A stretch of 64,000 nucleotides of DNA from Clostridia bacterium (lineage in GTDB: Bacteria > Bacillota > Clostridia > Oscillospirales > CAG-272): NCBI GenBank assembly GCA_017451915.1, contig JAFTNJ010000031.1, positions 14,656-78,655 of the forward strand, read 5' to 3'. The notes below the pieces were generated by a model. It did no database searches, was not told where the DNA came from, and saw only the letters and a program-made list of their open reading frames with translations. The position numbers were made by a program, and so were the translations under genes. The number at the start of each line of letters is the position of its first letter. The first letter of the stretch is position 1. Positions 52,922-64,000 of the stretch are shown here, in pieces.

Positions 52922-54203
52922 ATGAATTTGCGGCCTCGTTCTCTTGCTTCTTGATCAGACGGTGAATATAGATCAACAAACCGATCAGGATCAGCGTGGT
53001 AATGGCCGAAAGCAGCTGTTGGGCGTACAGCGGGATGCCCAAAAAGCGGTTCCCGTTGCTTTGTACGTAGGTGACCAAGGGACTGACGGCAAGGGTGGTC
53101 ACAAAGCCCAGAACGCCGGAAAGCGAGCTCTTCAACGCCAAGGCCCCTACACGGTGGTCGTGATCCACACATTCGTAGATCAGGTTGATCTCGCCGCTGG
53201 TAATGCCCGCCGCGCCCAGAGCGTAAAGCAGATAGTAGAGAGGGAACATCCATTGACCGTTTTCGGGGGTGGTGAAGACATTGAGTCCAAAGGCCAGGGC
53301 CATGAACGAAAAGCAGACCTGAAACATCTTCAAAAAGGAGGTTTTGTCGCCGTATCGGCCAATGGGCTTGGAGATCAGGGCGCGGCTGACCGAGTAGAGC
53401 ACGCTCAACAGCGAAACGAAGACCATGGAAAATCCCAGCTCCTTGATCTGATAGGTACCGAGAAAGGGCGTGGTTACGTAGTTGGCCACGTTCCAAAGGG
53501 CGATGATGAGGATCGAGCGCAAAAGCTTTTTGTTTTTGAGAAGATCCCCAAGCATGGATCCAAAGGAGCTCTTGGGCGGAAGCTCGGTTTCCTTCTCCTT
53601 TGTCAGCAGCAGGGTGGCGGTGTGGAGCAGCATCAAAACAAAGATGCCGATCCCGCAGAAGAGAAATGCGTGGTAGAGATCGTCCCGGGCCTCAAAATGA
53701 TCGATGACTGCGCTGACGAAAAAGGTAAACAGCATACCGCCAATGAGGGAGACGATCTCCTTGGTGGCGGTAAAGGAGCCGCGCTTCTTGTCGTCCACAA
53801 AATCCATAAACCATTTGGTTTTTGGTGAGTTTACCACGTTGTTGAGAATATGTCCCACCATCAGGAACAGAATGAACAGCGCAATGCGCACCGACTTGGA
53901 TACCTCAAGGAAGGGGACGAAATACACCAGAGAAAAGCAGAGCTGATTTGTGATGTGCAACAGGGATACCCACCGTTTGACGGGGCGCTTGCCGGCCAGA
54001 AAGATGGCAACGATCTGAAAGGCCAGTCCCAGGGAGACCAGGGAGGTCAGGATGCCGGTGGTGCTATCCGAAAGGCCGATGGTGGTGGCTACCTTAGCAA
54101 TGTAGGCTCCAATCATCAAAAGCGAGATAAAATACTCAAACGCCGCCTCTAAAATATACATCAAGCGGTAAAAAGGGGCGTGGTCTTTGGTCTTTTCTTT
54201 CAT
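52920..54203 (-). CDS. MFS transporter
   Basis: About 12 hydrophobic segments across 427 aa. Confidence 0.75.
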   Translation of the reverse strand: MKEKTKDHAPFYRLMYILEAAFEYFISLLMIGAYIAKVATTIGLSDSTTGILTSLVSLGLAFQIVAIFLAGKRPVKRWVSLLHITNQLCFSLVYFVPFLEVSKSVRIALFILFLMVGHILNNVVNSPKTKWFMDFVDDKKRGSFTATKEIVSLIGGMLFTFFVSAVIDHFEARDDLYHAFLFCGIGIFVLMLLHTATLLLTKEKETELPPKSSFGSMLGDLLKNKKLLRSILIIALWNVANYVTTPFLGTYQIKELGFSMVFVSLLSVLYSVSRALISKPIGRYGDKTSFLKMFQVCFSFMALAFGLNVFTTPENGQWMFPLYYLLYALGAAGITSGEINLIYECVDHDHRVGALALKSSLSGVLGFVTTLAVSPLVTYVQSNGNRFLGIPLYAQQLLSAITTLILIGLLIYIHRLIKKQENEAANS

Positions 54204-54302
54204 GCAAAAATCTCCTTTGCTGTTTGTTGTATCATTATATCACGAAAAAGAGAATAAAAACTGCCTATTTTTGTCATGTAATATGCATTTTTTGTCAATT
54301 TA

Positions 54303-54341
54303 AAAGGACACAGGCCGCACCGGGGGCGGCTTGTGTCCTTT
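54303..54341 (-). terminator. Terminator after the serine-hydrolase gene
   Basis: AAAGGACACAAGCCGC/GCGGCCTGTGTCCTTT hairpin followed by TTTTAAA. Confidence 0.7.
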
Positions 54342-54346
54342 TGTGG

Positions 54347-55516
54347 TTATTCCTGATCCAACGCCTCGTAGATCATGTCACGCATACGGGGATGGGCGTT
54401 GTAATAGATGTAGGTGCAATCAAAGATGTGCAGACCAAAATACATGGCAAGGCGGCGTTGGGGATCCACCAGGGCAAAGGATCCGGTGGCACCGTCCCAT
54501 CCAAACTCACCAACCGAGGAGGGAACGGAAGAAATTGTGGGATTGACGTGGGCTCTGCAGCAAAGTCCCCAGCCGTAGCCGAAGAAGCGATGGGGCTCAA
54601 ATTGGGGGCGTGCAGAGTCGGGGAGGCGGTTCTCGCCCATGCGGGCAATGGTTTCGGGACGCAGGATCTGAGCACCGTTGGGGGCCGTTCCGCCGCAGGC
54701 CAGAGCAGTGAGCAGCTTGATCTGATCGGCGGGAGAGGTGTAGAGTCCGGCTCCGCCGCTATCGTAGTTTTCGGTCAGGCGGTAAGGGTTTTCGCAGGGG
54801 ATGGGCTTGCTTACCGCAAGTCCGTGGGTATAGCGGTACATCGTAGTCATGCGGCTCTGCTTCTCGGCGGGAAGATGAAAGCCGGTGTCCTGCATTCCCA
54901 AAGGGTCCAGGATGTTCTGCTTTACGTAATCGGCAAAGCGGATTCCCGAGGCGACCTCCACCACCGCGGCGAGAACGTCGTGGCAAAGACTGTAGCGAAA
55001 ATGAGTTCCGGGCTCGGAGTACAGGGGAACCTTGACGAAGGCGTTCACCACGTCAATGGTACTGGCCATGGGATCCCGGCGTGCCTCCAAAACGGGCGCA
55101 CTCCGGATTCCGTAGCCAAGGCCGCCCGTCATGGTAAAGAGATGCTCTACCGTCAGGGTATTCTTGGCGGGGGAGGTGCTGACCTTGTCGGCCCCCAGTA
55201 CCGTGAGGTTGGCGTAGGCAGGGAGGTACTTGGATACGGGATCCTCCAGGGCGATCTTGCCCTGCTCCAACAGCTGGAGGGCGGCCACGCAGGTGGTCAC
55301 CTTGGTAATGGAGCAGACCCAGTACAGGTCATCCTCTCGGGTCGGCCTGGTTTTTTCCGGATCAGCGAACCCGACGTTGCGGGTGTAGATGGGCTTGCCA
55401 TCCTGGGTCACCAAAAAGCTGCAGGCGGGAATGCCGCGGGAGGGCATTTCGTCTAAAAAACGGTCAAGCTTTTCAAAATTCATAAAAAAGGAACCGTCCT
55501 TTCTTTTTTTCTTCAT
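54347..55516 (-). CDS. Serine hydrolase of the beta-lactamase / class-C-like family
   Basis: SxxK motif CSITK. The start is ambiguous: ATG 55516 lies 9 nt after a TATAAT box, and ATG 55483 has only a weak RBS. Confidence 0.75.
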   Translation of the reverse strand: MKKKRKDGSFFMNFEKLDRFLDEMPSRGIPACSFLVTQDGKPIYTRNVGFADPEKTRPTREDDLYWVCSITKVTTCVAALQLLEQGKIALEDPVSKYLPAYANLTVLGADKVSTSPAKNTLTVEHLFTMTGGLGYGIRSAPVLEARRDPMASTIDVVNAFVKVPLYSEPGTHFRYSLCHDVLAAVVEVASGIRFADYVKQNILDPLGMQDTGFHLPAEKQSRMTTMYRYTHGLAVSKPIPCENPYRLTENYDSGGAGLYTSPADQIKLLTALACGGTAPNGAQILRPETIARMGENRLPDSARPQFEPHRFFGYGWGLCCRAHVNPTISSVPSSVGEFGWDGATGSFALVDPQRRLAMYFGLHIFDCTYIYYNAHPRMRDMIYEALDQE

Positions 55517-55685
55517 TTTGATAAATTATAGCACCGGCAAAGGGGATTGTCAACCGCTCAATGGAAATTTTTCTCTCTTTTTCGTCTCGGTGATATTTCA
55601 CAAAAAGGGAAGGGGGACGAAGAAGGTCGAAAAAGGAAAAAAAGAAAAATATTTTAAAAAATATCATAAAAATTGGAAAAACCTA

Positions 55686-55714
55686 TTGACAAAGCAGGAA
55701 AAACATGATAAAAT
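55686..55714 (+). promoter_or_regulatory. rpoB promoter
   Basis: TTGACA-N17-(TGa)TAAAAT, preceded by an A/purine-rich UP-like tract. Confidence 0.7.
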
Positions 55715-55867
55715 AGTAAACTGCATTATAATCGCTCGTATTGTGGATTCCCGTATTTTCAAGTGCAGATCGTACGGCAGCAATTTGCACAAAAAACGGG
55801 GGCTGATTGCGAGTTGGCATAGGATTCCCAAGAGCGTTACCAATAATTGAATGGAGTGATTGAATTA

Positions 55868-58800
55868 ATGATCAATGTAAAAGATCAAAAGCTTGGTCAG
55901 AACACAAGAAAAAGCTTCTCCAGATCTCGTTTCGACTACCCGCTTCCCAGCTTGGTAGAGATCCAGACCAAATCTTATGAGTGGTTTAAGAACGAGGGGC
56001 TGATGGAGGTTCTGCGGGACGCGTCCCCGATTACCGATTACTCGGGTAATCTCGTAATCGAGTTCATTTCCTACACTCTGGATGAAAAGCATCCCAAGTA
56101 CCCCGTTGAGGAGTGCAAGGAGCGCGACGTAAACTACGCCGCACCGTTGAAGGTAAACGTTCGTTTGACGAACAAGCAAACGGGTGAGGTCAAGCAGGCC
56201 GACATCTTTATGGGTGATTTCCCCCTGATGACCGAGACCGGTACCTTCGTGATCAACGGCGCAGAGCGCGTTATCGTTTCCCAGATCATTCGTTCTCCCG
56301 GAATGTATTATGCTTCCGAAATTGACAAAGCCGGTAAGAAGACCTATTCCACCACGGTGATCCCCTACCGCGGCGCTTGGTTGGAATACGAGGTGGATGC
56401 GTCGGGCGTGATGTACGTTCGTATCGACAAAAACCGCAAGCTTCCTCTTACCATGTTCGTGCGCGCCCTGGGCGTAGACAGCCGCGAGGCCATCTACGAG
56501 ATGTTTGGCGACGACGAGCACCTGACCCTGACCCTGGACAAGGATGAGTCCGAGGCGTTGGCCCTTGCGAACCATTCGACTGCCGCCGTGGAAGCCCTGA
56601 AGGAGATCTATAAAAAGCTCCGTCCCGGTGAACCCCCCACGGAGGATGCCGCAAGAACTCTGCTCAACAACTATTTCTTCGACGCAAAGCGTTATGACAT
56701 TGCGCCGGTAGGCCGCTATAAATATGATAAGAAGATGGCGATCCATTCCAGAATCGCAAATCACCGTCTGGCAGCAGATGCCGTAAGCCCCGTTACGGGC
56801 GAGGTTCTGCTGGAGGCAGGTGCCGTGATCACTCCCGAGAAGGCTCTGGAGCTGGAGCACGCCTGCATCAACGAGGTGGTTCTGTCCCTGGATAACGGCT
56901 CCACCGTAAAGGTGATCGGTAACAATACCGTAGAGCCCGAGTACCTCCTGGGCTTTGATCTGGTGGATTGCGGCGTACGCGAAAAGGCTCGCATTCCCGT
57001 GCTTCTGGAGATCCTGGAGGCTTGCGAGGGCGACGTAGACGCAATCAAGGCGATGGCGAAGGAGAGAATTGCCGATCTCTGCCCCAAGCACATCACCGTA
57101 GACGATATCTTTGCATCCATCAGCTACCTCCTGGGCCTGACCCACGACATTGGCTCCGTGGATGACATCGACCATTTGGGTAACCGCCGCATTCGCTCGG
57201 TTGGTGAGCAGCTGCAAAATCAGCTCCGCATCGGCTTTGCCCGTATGGATAAGATCATTAAAGAGCGTATGACCACCCAGGACAACGAGAAGCTGACCGT
57301 GCAGGCGCTGATCAACATTCGTCCTGTAACCACTGCCATCCGTGAGTTCTTTGGTTCCAGCCAGCTGTCCCAGTTCATGGACCAGAACAACCCCTTGGCA
57401 GAGCTGACCCACAAGCGCCGTCTGTCGGCTCTGGGTCCCGGCGGTCTTTCCCGTGACCGCGCTTCCTTCGACGTCCGTGACGTTCACTACACCCAGTACG
57501 GCCGTATGTGTCCTATCGAGACGCCTGAAGGTCCTAACATCGGTCTGATCTCCTACCTTACCACCTACGCCCGTATCTCCGAGTACGGCTTCATCGAGGC
57601 TCCCTACCGCAAGGTAAAGCACGTTGAGGACGAGAACGGTAACGTAAGGCACATCGTTACCGACGAGGTGGAATATATGACCGCCGATCGCGAGGACAAC
57701 TTTATCGTTGCCCAGGCGAACGAGCCCTTGAACGAGGATGGCAGCTTTGTAAACGCAAAGGTGACCGCTCGTGACAAGGCCGAGATCGTGGAAGCCGACG
57801 CTGCAAGCATCGAGTACATGGACGTTGCTCCTAAGATGCTGGTGTCCGTTGCTACCGCCATGATCCCCTTCCTTGAAAACGACGATAATACCCGTGCGCT
57901 CATGGGTTCCAACATGCAGAAGCAGGCGGTTCCGCTGATGGTGACCGACTCGCCCATCGTTGGTACCGGTATGGAGTACAAGGCAGCCGTCGACTCGGGT
58001 GTTGTTGTAATTGCCGAGAGAGCCGGTATCGTTGAGCGCGTTCAGGCCGACCGCATTGTTGTGGCCTGCGAGAACGGCGTAAAGGACGTTTACGATCTGA
58101 TCAAGTTCAAGCGTACCAACCAGGGCACCTGCTTCAACCAGCGTCCTCTGGTCAAGAAGGGCGACAGCGTAGAGGCCGGCCAGGTGATTGCCGACGGTCC
58201 TGCAACCTCCAACGGTGAGGTCTCCTTGGGTAAGAACGCCCTGATCGGCTTTATGACCTGGGAGGGTTACAACTACGAGGACGCAGTTCTTTTGAACGAG
58301 CGTTTGGTTCGTGACGACGTTTACACCTCTCTCCATATTGAAGAATATACCCACGAAGCAAGAGATACCAAGCTGGGCCCGGAGGAGATCACCCGGGAGA
58401 TTCCCAACGTTGGCGAGGACGCGCTCCGCGATCTGAACGCCGAGGGTATCGTTAAGAAGGGAACCGAGGTTCGCTCCGGCGACATTCTGGTTGGTAAGAT
58501 CACGCCCAAGGGCGAGACCGAGCTGACCGCTGAGGAGCGTCTGCTGCGCGCCATCTTCGGTGAAAAGTCCCGCGAGGTGCGTGACACCTCTCTGCGTCTG
58601 GCCCATGGTGAGTCGGGCATTGTTGTGGACGTTCGCGTCTTCTCTCACGAGCAGGGCGACGAGCTTCCCGCAGGCGTAAACAAGGTTGTTAAGGTTTATA
58701 TCGCGCAAAAGCGTAAGATTTCCGTCGGCGATAAGATGGCAGGTCGTCACGGTAACAAGGGTGTCGTTTCCCGTATTCTGCCTCCCGAGGATATGCCCTT

Positions 58801-59818
58801 CCTGCCCGACGGTACTCCGCTGGACATCGTGCTCAATCCTCTGGGCGTTCCTTCCCGTATGAATATCGGACAGGTGCTGGAGGTTCACCTCGGCATTGCT
58901 TCGAGAAAGCTGGGATGGAAGATCATGACTCCCGTATTCGACGGTGCCAACGAGAAGGATATTCTCGAGTGCCTCAAGGAAGCCGGTATGGCAAGAGACA
59001 TCTTCCCCTTGGAGAATCCCGAGGGTAAGGACCTCTTTGAGGAAACGGTGGACGAGGCTACCGGAGAAAAGACCCTGCGCGTTCTTTCCGCAGAGGAGCG
59101 CAACAACGAGGAGCTCCTGGATCAGCTCCGCGCCGAGAAGCGCCTGAAGATTCTGGACGGTAAGACCATTCTTTACGATGGCCGTACCGGCGAGCCCTTC
59201 GATAACCCCGTAACCGTAGGTATTATGTACTACCTCAAGCTGCACCACCTGGTTGACGATAAGATCCACGCCCGTTCCAACGGTCCGTACTCTTTGGTTA
59301 CCCAGCAGCCCTTGGGCGGTAAGGCCCAATTCGGCGGTCAGCGTTTTGGTGAGATGGAGGTTTGGGCGCTGGAGGCTTACGGCGCTGCTTACACTCTGCA
59401 GGAGATCCTGACTGTGAAGTCCGACGATATCAACGGACGTCGCCGCACCTATGAGGCGATCATCAAGGGTCAGAACATTCCTACTCCCGGCATTCCCGAG
59501 TCCTTCAAGGTTATGGTTCGCGAGTTGCAGGGCCTTGCACTGGATATCCGTGTGCAGGATGCCGATGGCAACGACATCGAGCTCTCCGATCTTTGTAACG
59601 ATGATGAAGCACCCTCTCGCCACAGCAAGGCGGATGCGGATGCCATTGACGCGGTTCTGGGTCAGAACGTGGCCGACGACGAGCTGCGCAAGTCCTTCCT
59701 GATGGAGGATGAGGATGGCAACGCCGTTGAGGAAGACGAAGAGGACGGCTACTTTGAATCTTACGAAGAGGAAGAGGTTTACGACGCGGGCTATTCTGAC
59801 AGCGACGAGAACGAATAA
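55868..59818 (+). CDS. rpoB: DNA-directed RNA polymerase subunit beta
   Basis: Conserved throughout ([28 protein letters not shown], and others). I prefer the start at ATG 55868. The protein ends in an acidic C-terminal tail. Confidence 0.95.
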   Translation: MINVKDQKLGQNTRKSFSRSRFDYPLPSLVEIQTKSYEWFKNEGLMEVLRDASPITDYSGNLVIEFISYTLDEKHPKYPVEECKERDVNYAAPLKVNVRLTNKQTGEVKQADIFMGDFPLMTETGTFVINGAERVIVSQIIRSPGMYYASEIDKAGKKTYSTTVIPYRGAWLEYEVDASGVMYVRIDKNRKLPLTMFVRALGVDSREAIYEMFGDDEHLTLTLDKDESEALALANHSTAAVEALKEIYKKLRPGEPPTEDAARTLLNNYFFDAKRYDIAPVGRYKYDKKMAIHSRIANHRLAADAVSPVTGEVLLEAGAVITPEKALELEHACINEVVLSLDNGSTVKVIGNNTVEPEYLLGFDLVDCGVREKARIPVLLEILEACEGDVDAIKAMAKERIADLCPKHITVDDIFASISYLLGLTHDIGSVDDIDHLGNRRIRSVGEQLQNQLRIGFARMDKIIKERMTTQDNEKLTVQALINIRPVTTAIREFFGSSQLSQFMDQNNPLAELTHKRRLSALGPGGLSRDRASFDVRDVHYTQYGRMCPIETPEGPNIGLISYLTTYARISEYGFIEAPYRKVKHVEDENGNVRHIVTDEVEYMTADREDNFIVAQANEPLNEDGSFVNAKVTARDKAEIVEADAASIEYMDVAPKMLVSVATAMIPFLENDDNTRALMGSNMQKQAVPLMVTDSPIVGTGMEYKAAVDSGVVVIAERAGIVERVQADRIVVACENGVKDVYDLIKFKRTNQGTCFNQRPLVKKGDSVEAGQVIADGPATSNGEVSLGKNALIGFMTWEGYNYEDAVLLNERLVRDDVYTSLHIEEYTHEARDTKLGPEEITREIPNVGEDALRDLNAEGIVKKGTEVRSGDILVGKITPKGETELTAEERLLRAIFGEKSREVRDTSLRLAHGESGIVVDVRVFSHEQGDELPAGVNKVVKVYIAQKRKISVGDKMAGRHGNKGVVSRILPPEDMPFLPDGTPLDIVLNPLGVPSRMNIGQVLEVHLGIASRKLGWKIMTPVFDGANEKDILECLKEAGMARDIFPLENPEGKDLFEETVDEATGEKTLRVLSAEERNNEELLDQLRAEKRLKILDGKTILYDGRTGEPFDNPVTVGIMYYLKLHHLVDDKIHARSNGPYSLVTQQPLGGKAQFGGQRFGEMEVWALEAYGAAYTLQEILTVKSDDINGRRRTYEAIIKGQNIPTPGIPESFKVMVRELQGLALDIRVQDADGNDIELSDLCNDDEAPSRHSKADADAIDAVLGQNVADDELRKSFLMEDEDGNAVEEDEEDGYFESYEEEEVYDAGYSDSDENE

Positions 59819-59868
59819 AAAACACCTTCGGGGATTCCGGTAATCCCTAATGTATATAGAAAGGATTC

Positions 59869-63474
<3,606 letters not shown>

Positions 63475-63511
63475 TTTCCCGCTGCAAAAGCGTTTTTATG
63501 AATTTTTTTGC

Positions 63512-63538
63512 CGAGGCGCGTGACTTTCACGCGCCTCG
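63512..63538 (+). terminator. Possible rpoC terminator with a weak T tract
   Basis: CGAGGCGCGTGA/TCACGCGCCTCG hairpin. Confidence 0.45.
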
Positions 63539-63643
63539 TGCTTCGATTGGCGGAATAAAAAGCGAAAAATGTGACAAATAATCAAATCAAGTGACATTCG
63601 ATTTGTGCAAAAGGGAGAAAAAAAGCGAGAAGAATCTTCAGTC

Positions 63644-63672
63644 TTGACAAAATCGAATCGAAATGATATAAT
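63644..63672 (+). promoter_or_regulatory. rpsL promoter
   Basis: TTGACA-N17-(TGa)TATAAT, followed by a ~140-nt leader. Confidence 0.75.
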
Positions 63673-63818
63673 TAAGCGAATGACTGGTGGCTTGCCCGTA
63701 CTATGCTTTCTGCAGTCGGACGAGTTCTCCGGTGATTTTATTGTGGCAGATCCACGCGACGAAGGTCGGGTGTCTGTATATAAACATTAAATTTTCGAAG
63801 AAGGAGGAAAATCGAAGA

Positions 63819-64000
63819 ATGCCAACTTTTAACCAGCTTGTCAGACAGGGTCGTGGAGAAAAGGTCTACAAGTCCAAAGCTCCCGTTCTCCAGAAGGGCT
63901 TCAACTCTCTGAAGAATGCTGCAATCAATCAGTCTGCACCGCAAAAAAGAGGCGTCTGCACCAAGGTGTCTACCACCAGCCCTAAGAAGCCTAACTCCGC
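63819..64000 (+). CDS. rpsL: 30S ribosomal protein S12, 5' part only (truncated by the window end)
   Basis: An AAGGAGG RBS precedes the start. The product begins [33 protein letters not shown]...[19 protein letters not shown]. Confidence 0.9.
   Translation, partial: MPTFNQLVRQGRGEKVYKSKAPVLQKGFNSLKNAAINQSAPQKRGVCTKVSTTSPKKPNS

Noticed and set aside
63540-63600. Direct repeat GTGACA-N18-GTGACA between rpoC and the rpsL promoter
   Set aside because: The hexamers are too short to distinguish from chance without comparative data.

Overview
This window looks like a chromosomal segment from a Gram-positive anaerobe of the Clostridia type. That assignment is an inference from three things: spoVG, the pth-mfd-prsA-like gene order, and the rpoB-rpoC-rpsL order without rplJL, together with sigma-A promoters that mostly carry TGn-extended -10 boxes at a 17-nt spacing. 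About 45 real genes are interleaved with many long antisense shadow ORFs typical of GC3-rich DNA. Housekeeping content: rpoB, rpoC, the start of rpsL, mfd, pth, ppdK, murC, spoVG, RNase P RNA, tRNA-Leu(CAA), a TPP riboswitch driving thiT, a fakB/fakA-like pair, and rubrerythrin. Accessory content: two paralogous giant secreted GLUG-repeat proteins, a heterodimeric ABC exporter, two EEP-family lipoproteins, an AraC-flanked sugar locus, a sulfatase, and several XRE regulators. No CRISPR array, transposase or integrase was found. The candidates most worth a second look are: (1) an operon of an HPr-kinase-like P-loop protein, a PqqD-type RiPP recognition element and a soluble Ser/His S24/S26-like peptidase, with no cyclase, radical-SAM or YcaO partner; (2) an unannotated 48-codon ORF at 790..936 laid out like a lasso-peptide precursor; (3) a 16-codon leader ORF plus terminator/antiterminator upstream of a tandem-GNAT acetyltransferase; (4) a 30-bp perfect inverted repeat that includes the 3' end of tRNA-Leu; (5) an HTH::ADP-ribosylglycohydrolase fusion; (6) a 65-aa membrane protein translationally coupled to thiT. 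Coordinates of hand-mapped non-CDS features may be off by 1-2 nt.
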